DNA from: Candidatus Alkanophaga liquidiphilum
GTDB lineage: Archaea; Halobacteriota; Syntropharchaeia; Alkanophagales; B39-G2
Assembly (NCBI GenBank): GCA_029259535.1
Contig: JAPHEF010000001.1
Location: 87,399-139,128, forward strand
DNA: 51,730 bases
Direction: 5' to 3'
Of the stretch, positions 41,285 to 51,494 are shown one piece after another (position 1 is the first letter of the stretch; each line of letters starts with the position of its first letter). Position numbers and translations under genes: made by a program. The notes below the pieces were generated by a model. That model made no database searches, was not told the origin of the DNA, and was given only the letters and a program-made list of their open reading frames with translations.

Positions 41285-42169
41285 ATGGCAATAGAATTGA
41301 CGCCGGTCCAGAAGCAAATACTGCTTTCGCTTATTAGTTTGTATCGGCGAGAGGGACGTGCGATTCGTGGCGAGGAAATCGCAGGGCTCATCGGGCGCAA
41401 TCCCGGCACCATACGGAACCAGATGCAGACGCTCAAGTCCCTTGGGCTCGTGGAGGGAGTCCCTGGTCCGAAAGGCGGCTACAGGGCGACCGGGAGAGCC
41501 TACGAGATTCTGGAGGTGAGCACTGAAAAAGAGGCACCGGTGCCTGTGTTGAAGAACGGGCAACTCGTGGAGGGCGTGACCGTCGAGGAGATAGAGTTCA
41601 AGATGATTCGGCATCCTGAGGTCTGCACCGCCCACATCAAAATCCTCGGAAGCGTAAGGGGTTTTGACATTGGTGACATCATAGAGGTTGGACCGACGCC
41701 TGTGAACAAAGTCTTGGTAAAAGGCGAGGTCATCGGCAGGGATGACACCGAAAACGTAGTAATATGTAATGTTATGAGTATAATATCGTTGCCAAAGAAA
41801 AAGATAATTGACTATGTTGATGGTAATCTGGTGAGAGTGCCAGCCACCGCCACCATCCAAGAGGCTTCTCGGATTCTGCTCAAGAACAACGTGGACAGGG
41901 CGGTCGTGACCTCAAAGGACGATGAAATAATTGGGATACTCACATTTAAGGACGTAGGCAAGGCGGTAGCTAGCGGGAAATTCAACGTCAAAGCCAAAAC
42001 GCTTGCGAAAAAGAGGGTGGTGACCATCGAAAGCGACCGTTCTGTTTACGAAGCCGTCCAGCTCGTGAACCGCTACGGGGTCGGTAGCCTCCTCGTGACG
42101 ATAGACGGCAAGCCGATAGGGCTTGTGCCGAGAACGTCACTGCTCAGAGAGTATTCGGTGTATAAGTAA
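41285..42169 (+). CDS. HTH transcriptional regulator with C-terminal CBS pair (COG2524-like)
   Basis: GEEIAGLIGRNPGTIRNQMQTLKSLGLVEGVPGPKGGY, VGPTPVNK, CBS domains. Confidence 0.9.
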   Translation: MAIELTPVQKQILLSLISLYRREGRAIRGEEIAGLIGRNPGTIRNQMQTLKSLGLVEGVPGPKGGYRATGRAYEILEVSTEKEAPVPVLKNGQLVEGVTVEEIEFKMIRHPEVCTAHIKILGSVRGFDIGDIIEVGPTPVNKVLVKGEVIGRDDTENVVICNVMSIISLPKKKIIDYVDGNLVRVPATATIQEASRILLKNNVDRAVVTSKDDEIIGILTFKDVGKAVASGKFNVKAKTLAKKRVVTIESDRSVYEAVQLVNRYGVGSLLVTIDGKPIGLVPRTSLLREYSVYK

Positions 42170-42229
42170 GGAGCATTTTGAGTAGGAATGCCTGCCGCAG
42201 CACAATCAAATTTCTCTAACTTTTGTAAA

Positions 42230-42802
42230 CTAACTTTGCTTTGATTGCAATTCAGTGCCCCAGCGGGGCACCAGCTCGTTTTCCATCCCGAGAGCGTCTA
42301 AGACTTTCATGACGATGAAGTCTACGAGGTCTGAGGTGCTCTTCGGCTCGTGGTAAAAAGCCGGGCACGCCGGCAGGATTATAGCGCCGGCACGCCGCAA
42401 TGCAAGCATGTTTTCGAGGTGAACTGTGCTTAGAGGTGTCTCTCTCGGCACGAGCACGAGCCGCCGTCCCTCCTTGAGGCAAACCTCCGCAACCCTCGTG
42501 ATAAGCGTCGCTGAGATGCCAGCGGCGATGCAGCCGAGCGTCTTCATACTGCATGGCACGACCGCGGTGCCGTCGTATTTAGCAGTGCCGCTGCTAACCT
42601 CCGCCGTCAATTCAGCGTTTTCGTAAACCCGTGACGCAAGCCCGTAAACGTCCTCGATCTTAAAACCTGTCTCCAAGGGTATCAGCTTTTTTGCAGTATT
42701 TGAAACTATAAGGATGGTCTCTGCCCGCTCTTTCAGCACTTCCAGCAGCCTGATCCCGTAAATCACGCCGCTTGCGCCCGTAATTGCCACTACTATCCTC
42801 AT
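42230..42802 (-). CDS. ubiX: Flavin prenyltransferase UbiX
   Basis: VAITGASG, VPCSMKTL, KEGRRLVLVPRETP, PAFYHEP. Confidence 0.95.
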   Translation of the reverse strand: MRIVVAITGASGVIYGIRLLEVLKERAETILIVSNTAKKLIPLETGFKIEDVYGLASRVYENAELTAEVSSGTAKYDGTAVVPCSMKTLGCIAAGISATLITRVAEVCLKEGRRLVLVPRETPLSTVHLENMLALRRAGAIILPACPAFYHEPKSTSDLVDFIVMKVLDALGMENELVPRWGTELQSKQS

Positions 42803-42842
42803 TTACCTTGCCCTCACAATTTAAAAATCAAAAAGTTGAAAA

Positions 42843-44381
42843 TCAGAACATGTCGTTCACATCGACCCATTCGGGGAACCAGCGGTATTCTTCGACTTTT
42901 GCTGCCTTCAGTCCTTTGAATGTTGCTCTTGTGAGCTCTATTTTGCCTTTTCGCCGGTAAAGCGTCGCAAGTCTCTTGCTTTCGAGCGTCGTCAAGAGCT
43001 CATCGAGTTTTTCGTCACTTATGCCGAGTTCTTCCTTAAGGTCGTTACGGTGCATGTAAAGTCCGGGGTTCACCTTGTAGTTCTCGGCGAGCGTCCTCAG
43101 CACGTCGTCCTCGGCGACGCTACGCTCCTCTGCAGCCTCGCTACTTACGGTGCCATAGTAGCCAACGGTAACTGGCACTTTCAGCTCCTCGTGGACTTTA
43201 CGACGGGGCGGGCGTAGCGCCTCCGCCCACGCTCTCAGCCCAAACCTGAAGATCACGAGCTTCATGATGTCCGTTGTCGTCGGGGCAAGCTGCCCTATTT
43301 TCCCGTTGCGGACGAAGGCTTCGACCGGGTAGAAGCGGGTGACGCCGTCGCCGCCCATGCATTGTGTCGCGTCCTCGAAGACTTTAAACGCAAGGTCGGC
43401 GTTGAAGCAGCGGGCAGCTGCCACCTCGATTATTGGCTCCTTGCCGAGGTCGAAGAGGTGGGCGGCGTGATACGTCATGAGGCGGGCGGCGTGATACCGC
43501 ATGAACATGTCCGCCACTTTGAATTGATTCGTCGGGAGGGCGAGCGTCGGCTGCCCGAACTGAATACGGCGGCTCATGTGGAAAACTGCGTAGCGCAGCG
43601 CCTCCCGCATACAGCCGAGAGGGACAGCAGACGCCAAAAGCCGCTCGTAGTTTGCCATGGTCATGAGGGCGCGCCAGCCCTCGCCCTCACCGCCGAGCAT
43701 GCGGTCTGCGGGCACTCGCACGCCGTCGAGGTCGAGGTAAGCATTGTAAATGTTGTCGAAGCCCATGAGCTCGTTGACTCGCTCGACGTGGAAGTTCTCC
43801 GCCTCTCGCTCGACGACGAATATGCTGAGATGGTTGTGCCGCCGCACTGCTTCGGGCTCGTCGCTCGTCCTCGCAAGAACGAAATAAACGTCGGAGACGC
43901 CGACGCCGCTTATGAAACGCTTTTTGCCCTCCAAGATATATTCGTCGCCCTCTTTGCGGGCGACAGTCTCAATGGCAGCGGCGTCGTTCCCGACGTAAGG
44001 TTCGGTTACTACCAACGCTCCGATGAGGTCGCCACGTGCCATTTTCGGCAAAAGTTCCTCCTTTAAGGCGTCGCTGCCATGCTTCAGCAGCATATATTCG
44101 TCACACAGGTGCACGACGCAATGCATGCCTGCCAAACTCACTCTCGAAAGCTCTTCTAAGACTATGCAAGAGCCGGTGAATCCTGTTTCTGGGGAGCCGC
44201 CGTATTCCTCCGGAATTATCGTGCCGAGCCAGCCTCGCTTTCCAGCTTCCTTTATTAGTTCTACAGGGTATTTGCGCCGCCACACCAACTCTTGCGCATG
44301 TAGCGTGAGTTCGTCTGCAAAACGCTCAGCTTCATCCGCTAACGCCCTCTGAGCGTCGTTCCACCACGGTAGCTTCTCCAT
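42843..44381 (-). CDS. Acyl-CoA dehydrogenase with C-terminal extension
   Basis: IPEEYGG, TEPYVGNDAA, GKKRFIS, RIQFGQP, QCMGGDG; start reassigned to ATG 44381. Confidence 0.9.
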   Translation of the reverse strand: MEKLPWWNDAQRALADEAERFADELTLHAQELVWRRKYPVELIKEAGKRGWLGTIIPEEYGGSPETGFTGSCIVLEELSRVSLAGMHCVVHLCDEYMLLKHGSDALKEELLPKMARGDLIGALVVTEPYVGNDAAAIETVARKEGDEYILEGKKRFISGVGVSDVYFVLARTSDEPEAVRRHNHLSIFVVEREAENFHVERVNELMGFDNIYNAYLDLDGVRVPADRMLGGEGEGWRALMTMANYERLLASAVPLGCMREALRYAVFHMSRRIQFGQPTLALPTNQFKVADMFMRYHAARLMTYHAAHLFDLGKEPIIEVAAARCFNADLAFKVFEDATQCMGGDGVTRFYPVEAFVRNGKIGQLAPTTTDIMKLVIFRFGLRAWAEALRPPRRKVHEELKVPVTVGYYGTVSSEAAEERSVAEDDVLRTLAENYKVNPGLYMHRNDLKEELGISDEKLDELLTTLESKRLATLYRRKGKIELTRATFKGLKAAKVEEYRWFPEWVDVNDMF

Positions 44382-44454
44382 CAAGCATCCCCTATTTAGC
44401 AGTGCTGGCGCCGTGTCGGAATTAAGCACGTCCGGCGCCGCCAAATGGCATATC

Positions 44455-45543
44455 CTATTTTCTCCTATATTTGTAAAATATGTTGCAACTCCCCTCTCTC
44501 GAGACCATACAGGGTCCGACAGGGCTCTCAGGAGTGCACCGCTTTGCAAACAACGGGCACTCTTCAGGGTATATCAAACCTCGCAGAATCTCGCCGCAGC
44601 GGCAGCCCGTAGGCTCTTTAAACTCTGCTTTGCGCTCCAACAGCTCCTTAAGTTCGTCCTCAAAAGCTTTCGAGGCGTCGTGCTCCTCAAAACTACGGCG
44701 CAGCGAGAGCCCGCTCTCTGGAATTTCAGGGAGCCCCCGCCATTTTGTATCCACGACGCTGAACACCTCCCGCATCATATTTTGCGCCTTGACGTTGCCA
44801 TCCGCCCTAACAACCCTTGAATATTCGTTTTCGACCTCGCACCGCCCCTCTTTTATCTGCCGTGCGAGCATGTAAATGCCCATCATCATGTCTAAAGGCT
44901 CGAAGCCCGCCACCACCTGCGGCACTCTGTATTTCGCGGAAATGCGCTCGTAGGGTGTAGTTCCAATGATCGTGGAAACGTGCCCCGGGTTTATGAAGCC
45001 GTCGATGCGCAGCTCGCCGAGCCTTAGCAGAGCTTCCATTGCAGGCGGTATCAGGCGGTGCGCAGAGAGCACGTAGAAGTTTGGCGGCGTCTCGCTTAAA
45101 AGGGCGGCGGCAGTTGTCGGCGCCGTCGTTTCAAAACCAACAGCGAAGAACACGACGTCCCGCTGCGGCTCCCGCTTCGCAACCTTTACAGCCTCCTCGA
45201 CGCTGTAAACGATGCGGACATCGCAGCCTTCCGCACGAGCGTCCAAAAGCGAGCCCCCCACCGACGGAACCGGCGCCATGTCGCCGAACGTCACCACGGT
45301 CTTTCCACAGCGAGCTAACGTCGTCGCCTGCGCTATCTCAAAAGGCGTGGTCACGCAGACCGGGCAGCCGGGACCCTGCCGCACCTCCACGCCCACGCTG
45401 CTGAAAAGTTCGTCAAGCCCGAAACGCACAAGAGTGTCTTGGTGCGTCCCGCAAACGTGCATAACTCTTATGTCCAAGTTCATCTCCTTAAGCCGTTCCA
45501 CAATTTTCTTCGCAACGCCCGAATCCCTAAACCTGAACAACAT
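44455..45543 (-). CDS. hypD: Hydrogenase maturation protein HypD
   Basis: HVCGTH, GPGCPVCVT, GFETTAP, PGHVSTIIG, GPCMVSREGSC. Confidence 0.97.
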   Translation of the reverse strand: MLFRFRDSGVAKKIVERLKEMNLDIRVMHVCGTHQDTLVRFGLDELFSSVGVEVRQGPGCPVCVTTPFEIAQATTLARCGKTVVTFGDMAPVPSVGGSLLDARAEGCDVRIVYSVEEAVKVAKREPQRDVVFFAVGFETTAPTTAAALLSETPPNFYVLSAHRLIPPAMEALLRLGELRIDGFINPGHVSTIIGTTPYERISAKYRVPQVVAGFEPLDMMMGIYMLARQIKEGRCEVENEYSRVVRADGNVKAQNMMREVFSVVDTKWRGLPEIPESGLSLRRSFEEHDASKAFEDELKELLERKAEFKEPTGCRCGEILRGLIYPEECPLFAKRCTPESPVGPCMVSREGSCNIFYKYRRK

Positions 45544-45572
45544 CTCCCGATCACGGAGCTGCTGCGGCTATG

Positions 45573-46226
45573 TCAAGAAAGCAATGCATTCTTGAATTCC
45601 GCCAACCCTTCGCCGCTTTTTGCGTTTGTGAGGAAGATCTTGCCGTTCGGCGAGATTTTGCGGAAGTCCTTGACAACGGTTTGCGGCTCGACGCCGACGA
45701 ATTCCGCTAGGTCTATTTTGTTAAGCACGACGATGTCCGCAAGCTGGAAGATGAGGGGATGTTTGCGCACGATGTCGTCGCCCTCCGTTACTGAAATCAC
45801 AACGACTCTTTTCTCGGCGCCCAGCGGGAAGTCCGCAGGACAAACTAGATTCCCAACGTTTTCTATGAAGAGTACATCTATTTCGCTCAAGTTGAAATTT
45901 TCAAGGGCATGGAGCACGAGATGAGAGTCAAGGTGGCACTGCTTCCCGGTGTTTATGTTCTTTGCGGGAATGCCGTGCTGCACGAGACGCTGGTAGTCAC
46001 AGTCACCTGCCACGTCGCCGGTGATTGCGGCGCAGCGCACACCCTCCGCCTTCAGCATGTCCACAAGCTGCTCGAGGATAGTGGTCTTCCCAGAGCCCAC
46101 GCTACCCATGATGTCGAACGCTCGGACGCCGCTACGTCTTAACAGCTCACGAACCTCAGCCGCCAGCTCCTCGTTCCTTCTTAAAATGTCCTTTTCCAGC
46201 GATATTACTCCAGAGCCGCCGTGCAT
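45573..46226 (-). CDS. hypB: Hydrogenase nickel-insertion GTPase HypB
   Basis: GSGKTT, CHLD, ENVGNLVCPADF, SVTEGDD, NKID. Confidence 0.96.
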   Translation of the reverse strand: MHGGSGVISLEKDILRRNEELAAEVRELLRRSGVRAFDIMGSVGSGKTTILEQLVDMLKAEGVRCAAITGDVAGDCDYQRLVQHGIPAKNINTGKQCHLDSHLVLHALENFNLSEIDVLFIENVGNLVCPADFPLGAEKRVVVISVTEGDDIVRKHPLIFQLADIVVLNKIDLAEFVGVEPQTVVKDFRKISPNGKIFLTNAKSGEGLAEFKNALLS

Positions 46227-46300
46227 CTTCTTACCCCCGCTTCAGTTACCCCCCGCACAGGGCAACAATCCTATCTGGCTCACGAGGCGTGGAGGAAAAG

Positions 46301-46374
46301 CGGGCCGGGAGGGATTTGAACCCCCGACCAACAGGTTAAGAGCCTGCCGCTCTTCCGGGCTAAGCTACCGGCCC
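46301..46374 (-). tRNA. tRNA-Lys (CTT)
   Basis: GGGCCGG acceptor stem, anticodon arm GCAGG-CTCTTAA-CCTGT, T loop GGTTCAAATCC. Confidence 0.95.
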
Positions 46375-46510
46375 TCAAGGAACTTAAGAGCTTTGCTATT
46401 ATTGATAGTGGCACCCGAAGTATTTAAATCTTCGTTCCTCCAGCAGCCCTGAGTTCCCTCTACTTCCCTGTCATCCCGCCAAATCCTCCACAGATAGAAA
46501 TAAAAATGGG

Positions 46511-48520
46511 TTAAAGCTCGCATCCAACTCGCCAGCCCTCGTGGATCGCCTCGAGGATTTTACGAGGCTCGACGCAGTCGCCGACTTCCACAAACTTCAC
46601 TTTGTCGTGGAGCGAGCGCTGAGGCTCTTCGTTGCGTCGCATTCCCACAGCAAGGACGACTGTCTCCGCTTCTATCTCTCGCTGTTCCCTGCCACCGTTG
46701 GCTTCGACGACGACGCCCCGGTCCGTCACGCTTTTGAGTTTCGCAGACGTCACGATCTGGATGTTCGGCGTCTCTCTGAGTCTCTTCACCACGGTCCATC
46801 TCGTTGTCGGTCCGATGTCTTCGGCGATTCTTTTCTTCATCTCCACAATCGTAACTTTTTTGCCCCGAGCCGCGAGGAACTCGGCAGTCTCGCAACCGAC
46901 CATCCCACCACCGACGACCACGACGCTCTCGCCAACTTTCTCGTCCGGAACTCTCCCTGCAAGGAGGTCCACAGCGGTGAAGACGCTCTCGCCAAGGCGT
47001 TCTGCGACGCCGTCCGCCTCCGGGATTGCAGGTGAGGCGCCGACTGCAACCACAAGTTCGTCGTAACCATCCCCCCGCATCAGCTTCAAAATCTCCTCTG
47101 CGGTCGCCTTCCGCCCGGTTTCTACGGCGATGCCCAGCTTTTTCATTTGTGTAGTCAAATACTGAATAATGTTGTTTATCTCAGACTTGTAAGGAGGGAC
47201 TGCCGCCAAAAGCAGGTTGCCGCCGAGCCTCTCGTCCTCCTCCAAGATTTTAACGTCATGCCCCCGCAACCTTAAAACACGGGCAGCCTCCATGCCTGCG
47301 GGTCCGCCGCCGACTATTAACACTTTTTTCGTCTTCTCCACTCTCTTCAACTTCTCAGCAAGCTCGAACTCCCGCCCGACTTCGGCGTTCAGCGAGCACG
47401 TAATCGTGGCTTCCGAACGAGGGTCCGCAAGAGCGAGCATGACGTTGTCGAAGCAGCGGCAGCAGCCTATACACATCCTTATCTCGTCAAAACGCCCCTC
47501 CCTCGCCTTGTTCGGGAAATACGGGTCTGCAAGGAAAGCTCTTCCCATCGCAACGAGGTCCGCCCGCCCCTCCTTGATGATGTTGGCGGCGAGCTTCACG
47601 TCGTTGATGCGACCCACTGTGGTCACGGGAATGCTCACGGCTTCTTTCATCGCCTCTGCAAGATGCACGAACGCTCCACGCTCCACCGACATCGGCAGCA
47701 TCGGAATCGGTGACTCGTGCCAGCCCGCCCATGCGTGAATTATCGAAGCCCCAGCCTCCTCTGCCCTTTTCGCAATTATCTTCGAGTCCTTAACGGAATT
47801 ACCTCCCGGCAGGTATTCATTGACGCTGAACTTGAAGGAAATCGGGAACTTGTTGCCGACCTTCTCTCTCATTCGCTGGATGATTTCCACGACGAACGTC
47901 GCACGGGCAGCAGCGTCGCCGCCGAAACGGTCCGTGCGCTTGTTCGTGAGCGATGAGAGGAACTGGCTGATGAGGTAGCCAGTGCTGCCCATGAGTTCGA
48001 CAGCGTCGAAGCCTGCACGCTTCGCACGAAGGGCGGCGTCTGCAAATTTATTGATGATAGCCTCTACTTCTTCGGTTGTCAGCTCACGAGGAGTTTCCTT
48101 CGTGTATCTTGAGGGTATGGGTGAGGGGGCAACAGGCTGTGTCCCCGTGATGTAAGAGCGGGAATAACGACCGCCGTGCGCAAGTTGCAGCGACGCAACA
48201 GCGCCCTCCGCCTTTATGGCTTCCGCTAGTCTCTGCAACCCCGGAATGAATTTGTCGTCGTCCACGAGGAGGTCATGCGGTCCGAGCCTCCCAACAGGCG
48301 AGTCTACGCAGGAAGCCTCGACGGTAATCATCCCGGCGCCGCCCTTCGCCCGTTCGGTATAATACGCAATCATGCGCTCAGTGACGAAGCCGTCTCTCGT
48401 GGCAAAGCCCGTCCCCATCGGCGCCATCACAATCCTGTTCCGCAGCTCTGCATCTCCAATCTTTATCGGCTCAAAAAGAGCCGCTACTTCCTCCGGAACC
48501 AAGAGAGCACCTCCTTTCAC
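46511..48520 (-). CDS. NADH:flavin oxidoreductase, OYE/2,4-dienoyl-CoA reductase (FadH-like) family
   Basis: NRIVMAPM, YLISQFLS..NKRTDRFGG, CIGCCRC Fe-S motif, VGGGPAGMEAA, VGGGMVGCETA. Confidence 0.92.
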   Translation of the reverse strand: MKGGALLVPEEVAALFEPIKIGDAELRNRIVMAPMGTGFATRDGFVTERMIAYYTERAKGGAGMITVEASCVDSPVGRLGPHDLLVDDDKFIPGLQRLAEAIKAEGAVASLQLAHGGRYSRSYITGTQPVAPSPIPSRYTKETPRELTTEEVEAIINKFADAALRAKRAGFDAVELMGSTGYLISQFLSSLTNKRTDRFGGDAAARATFVVEIIQRMREKVGNKFPISFKFSVNEYLPGGNSVKDSKIIAKRAEEAGASIIHAWAGWHESPIPMLPMSVERGAFVHLAEAMKEAVSIPVTTVGRINDVKLAANIIKEGRADLVAMGRAFLADPYFPNKAREGRFDEIRMCIGCCRCFDNVMLALADPRSEATITCSLNAEVGREFELAEKLKRVEKTKKVLIVGGGPAGMEAARVLRLRGHDVKILEEDERLGGNLLLAAVPPYKSEINNIIQYLTTQMKKLGIAVETGRKATAEEILKLMRGDGYDELVVAVGASPAIPEADGVAERLGESVFTAVDLLAGRVPDEKVGESVVVVGGGMVGCETAEFLAARGKKVTIVEMKKRIAEDIGPTTRWTVVKRLRETPNIQIVTSAKLKSVTDRGVVVEANGGREQREIEAETVVLAVGMRRNEEPQRSLHDKVKFVEVGDCVEPRKILEAIHEGWRVGCEL

Positions 48521-48599
48521 CCAGAGATTAATCTAGGTTATCTTTCACAATCATTAAGAAAACTTGTGGTGTTGAGGGGCAGACGCTTTGGAGCTGGCA

Positions 48600-49991
48600 A
48601 TTTCGTCCATTTCGGGGGCGCAATAATCGTAGCCGTCGCAGTTCCCTTACCATGCCTCTCGCAGAAAGCCTCGCAGGGCGGGATGCGGCGGGTATGGAGA
48701 GCGGTGGTGATGAGACTTAACTCATCTCTCCATACCCATATCCATCGTATATAACAAAAACATAGATATAGTTGGCGGTGATGAGACGGGCAAACACCTT
48801 CAACCTGAACCCGGGTAAAGAGGAAGAAGCGATACTGCATGAATGGGCAGATAACTGCTCTCGAATGTATAACGAGATAAACTATAAACGCAGAAATCAT
48901 TCTTCAGCGGCGAATTCAACTGGAACACCGACGAAGAATATCACAAATATAAGAAGCTTATAGGTTCCGCAACAGCCCAGCAGATAATAATTAAGAACAA
49001 CGAAGCTTGGAAGTCTTATTTTGCACTGCTTAAAGCCTACAAAGCGGGCAAGATAGAGGATAGACCGCACCCGCCGGGCTACTGGAAGGACAGGAATACA
49101 GGTAGACGGATATTAAGGATACTGGTAAGGAGCGACACTTATAAGCTCGATAATAAGTATCTGAGGCTGCCGTTCAAATTAAAGGTCAGGTGGAAGGGAA
49201 AAAACAGGTGGGAAGGTAAAACAGGGCAGATTGGAAATAGTTTATGATACGCTCTCGAACAGATGGGTGTGCTACCAGCCGGTAGAGGTGAAACCTCTAC
49301 ATCAGCCAATTGGAGATAAAAAGGCATACGTCGATCTGGGCGTGAAGTGCCCGATAATGGCGTATGTAGGTAGGAGGCGGGGAGGCATGGGGTTATAGAG
49401 CGAATTCAATGCTTGCCGACTGGGGGTATTGGACGCATAAGATGGCGAAGGTGCAAGAAGAACGGGATAAGATAGGGGAGAGGAGCAGCAGTAAGAGGCT
49501 GCGGCAGCTGTATAGGAAGCGGAAGAGGCGGTTTAGAGATAGTATAAACAAGGAAGTGGCGGATTTTGTCAGGAAATGCTGGGAGATGGGAGTGGCGGAG
49601 ATGGTATGCGGCGGCGACCTGCGAGGAATAAAAATGATGCAAAGTTCAACCCGAAGGCAAATGCATGATTCATAATTTCTGGCCTTCCAGCTATCTATAT
49701 AAGCGGATAAGCGAGAAGGCGGAAGAATACGGAATAAGAACGAGAAGGGCGGATGAAAGGGGCGGCACAAGCAGCGAATGCCCACGCTGCGACTCAAAAC
49801 ACGTAACAAAGAGAGGCGGACTGTTAAATGCATGAAGTGCAAGACAGAGACGCACAGAGACGCGGTAGGGTGCGTAAATATAGGGCTCGCTCAGGGGGAG
49901 AGACTCCCTGCGGGAGTCGTTAACAGGGCGGTGGCTCGCCCTCTGCTCCTTGAAGCAGAAACTTCTCACGCTTTAGCATGAGAGGATGTCA
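48600..49991 (+). mobile_element. tnpB: IS200/IS605-family tnpB-only element with frameshifted tnpB pseudogene
   Basis: Reading across frames: MRRANTF..MYNEINYKRR, SATAQQI..KNNEAWKS, PPGYWKD, VDLGV (RuvC-I), GDLRGI, CPRC..CMKC, HRDAVGCVNI; hairpin at ~48690-48737; right-end hairpin TCTCACGC-TTTA-GCATGAGA followed by GGATGTCA; left boundary approximate. Confidence 0.85.
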
Positions 49992-50100
49992 GGTTCGTTC
50001 AATTGGCGCACGTGCGACGTCAAGCGGATGTTCCAACACGCACGGCACATTCAGTTGCCTATCGTTAATATTAATCCAAACTAACTACAAATACATTTCA

Positions 50101-50478
50101 ATGAAACATCTCAGCTCTGACGAGACGAAGGAGTTTTGGGACGGTCTACGGCGGCGCAAGCTGCTTGCGCCGAAGTGCAGGCGTTGCGACGAAGTTTTCT
50201 TCCCGCCACGATCGCATTGCCCGTGTTGCCTTAGCAGAGAGAAGGATTGGGTGGAGCTCAGCGGCGAGGGCACGCTTTACAGTTGGACCGAGATTAAAAT
50301 CGGCGATGAACCTCTCGTGCTTGGCGTCGTGGAGCTCGCAGAAGGCATCGGACGCATGGTTTCAAAAATAAATGCGGAGCCTGAGGATTTGACCATGGGG
50401 ATGGCGCTGAGAATAGCTTATGAGGACGCTAACGCCCTCACGCTCTTCGTTTGGATGCCAACCCAAACTTTTAAATAG
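50101..50478 (+). CDS. DUF35-family Zn-ribbon/OB-fold protein (acyl-CoA binding)
   Basis: EFWDGL..KCRRCDEVFFPPRSHCPCC..SGEGTLYSWT..GVVELAEG. Confidence 0.88.
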   Translation: MKHLSSDETKEFWDGLRRRKLLAPKCRRCDEVFFPPRSHCPCCLSREKDWVELSGEGTLYSWTEIKIGDEPLVLGVVELAEGIGRMVSKINAEPEDLTMGMALRIAYEDANALTLFVWMPTQTFK

Positions 50479-50501
50479 GGGGAGAAGAGAAAAACTTCTG
50501 A

Positions 50502-50626
50502 GCCGCCGTAGCTCAGCTGGTAGAGCGTCCGGCTGTTAGCGTTGCATTGATGCATGCGTAGTGTTCATGCGTTAATGTTGCACGGCAGAGACCGGACGGT
50601 CACAGGTTCGAGTCCTGTCGGCGGCG
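50502..50626 (+). tRNA. tRNA-Asn (GTT) with 52-nt intron at 37/38
   Basis: GCCGCCG acceptor stem; anticodon GTT at 50535-50537; intron 50539-50590 with BHB motif; T arm GGTTCGAGTCC. Confidence 0.93.
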
Positions 50627-50651
50627 TCACCCCTCGAATGGAGGTGAAACC

Positions 50652-50828
50652 ATGCGGACCATAACCCGTATATTCTTGGGCTTGGGCGGGCTCCTGTTTA
50701 TCGTGGACGGTGTGCTGAAGCTCTATAATCCCGAATTCGTGGTTCCAGTCGTCAACCAGACGCTGCCCTGCGGGCTTGCCCTCCTAATCGTGGGGCTCGG
50801 AATCCTACTGCTCGCCACGGAAAAATAA
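50652..50828 (+). CDS. Small two-helix membrane protein (58 aa)
   Basis: Below the ORF-track cutoff; GGAGGTGA RBS; MRTITRIFLGLGGLLFIVDGVLKL...CGLALLIVGLGILLLATEK; T-rich terminator-like tract follows. Confidence 0.7.
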   Translation: MRTITRIFLGLGGLLFIVDGVLKLYNPEFVVPVVNQTLPCGLALLIVGLGILLLATEK

Positions 50829-50948
50829 CCCTTTTATTTTTCTCTTTTTGATAGGGCAGTTAAGGCTGAATACCCCCATCGCACTCATTCAATAACCAAA
50901 TACTATCGCTCTAATACTTTCGCCCAAAGAGCAGTTGGGACGACGCAC

Positions 50949-51494
50949 CTATTTCTGCACGTCAAGCATCGCAACCCTTTCAAGGACGAGCAATCCAAGT
51001 TTTTCCCCGCCAACCGCCTCCAGTTCCGCATCCGTTATGTCAAAAAACTCCATTAGAGGCTTTTTTTTCCTATCTGAAAGCCCAAGAACGGCGTCGTCAC
51101 GCTCCATAATTCCCAGGATTTCGTCCCTCGCAAGCTTGACGTTGTCAGCGTCGCCCACGAGCGTCACCGCCACCTCTTTCGTGTTTTCAGAAATGCCCAT
51201 TTCCAGAGCTTTGCTGACGTGCCGCCGCCCCGCCGCATACAGCAGAATCTCGATGCTGAAGTCGTTGGCTATGCATTTCTCACGCCGCCTCGCCCGCAGA
51301 GCCTTATCGACAGCCGCCCGAAGATGCTCGACGCCTGCCACTTTTAAAGCGTCGAAGACCTGAATAGTGACGTTATGCCGTCTCGCAATGTTCTTTAGAC
51401 GTGAGAGGAAGGAGTCCACGTCCTTTACTTCCGCACGTCCTCCGAAGACCTCACAGGCTTCTGCCATCAGCAGGGTTAATCGCCGTTGGGACAT
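50949..51494 (-). CDS. cgi121: KEOPS complex subunit Cgi121
   Basis: IQVFDALKVAGVEHL..A, IANDFSIEILLYAAGRRHVSKALEMG, ITDAEL, LVLERVAML. Confidence 0.85.
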   Translation of the reverse strand: MSQRRLTLLMAEACEVFGGRAEVKDVDSFLSRLKNIARRHNVTIQVFDALKVAGVEHLRAAVDKALRARRREKCIANDFSIEILLYAAGRRHVSKALEMGISENTKEVAVTLVGDADNVKLARDEILGIMERDDAVLGLSDRKKKPLMEFFDITDAELEAVGGEKLGLLVLERVAMLDVQK

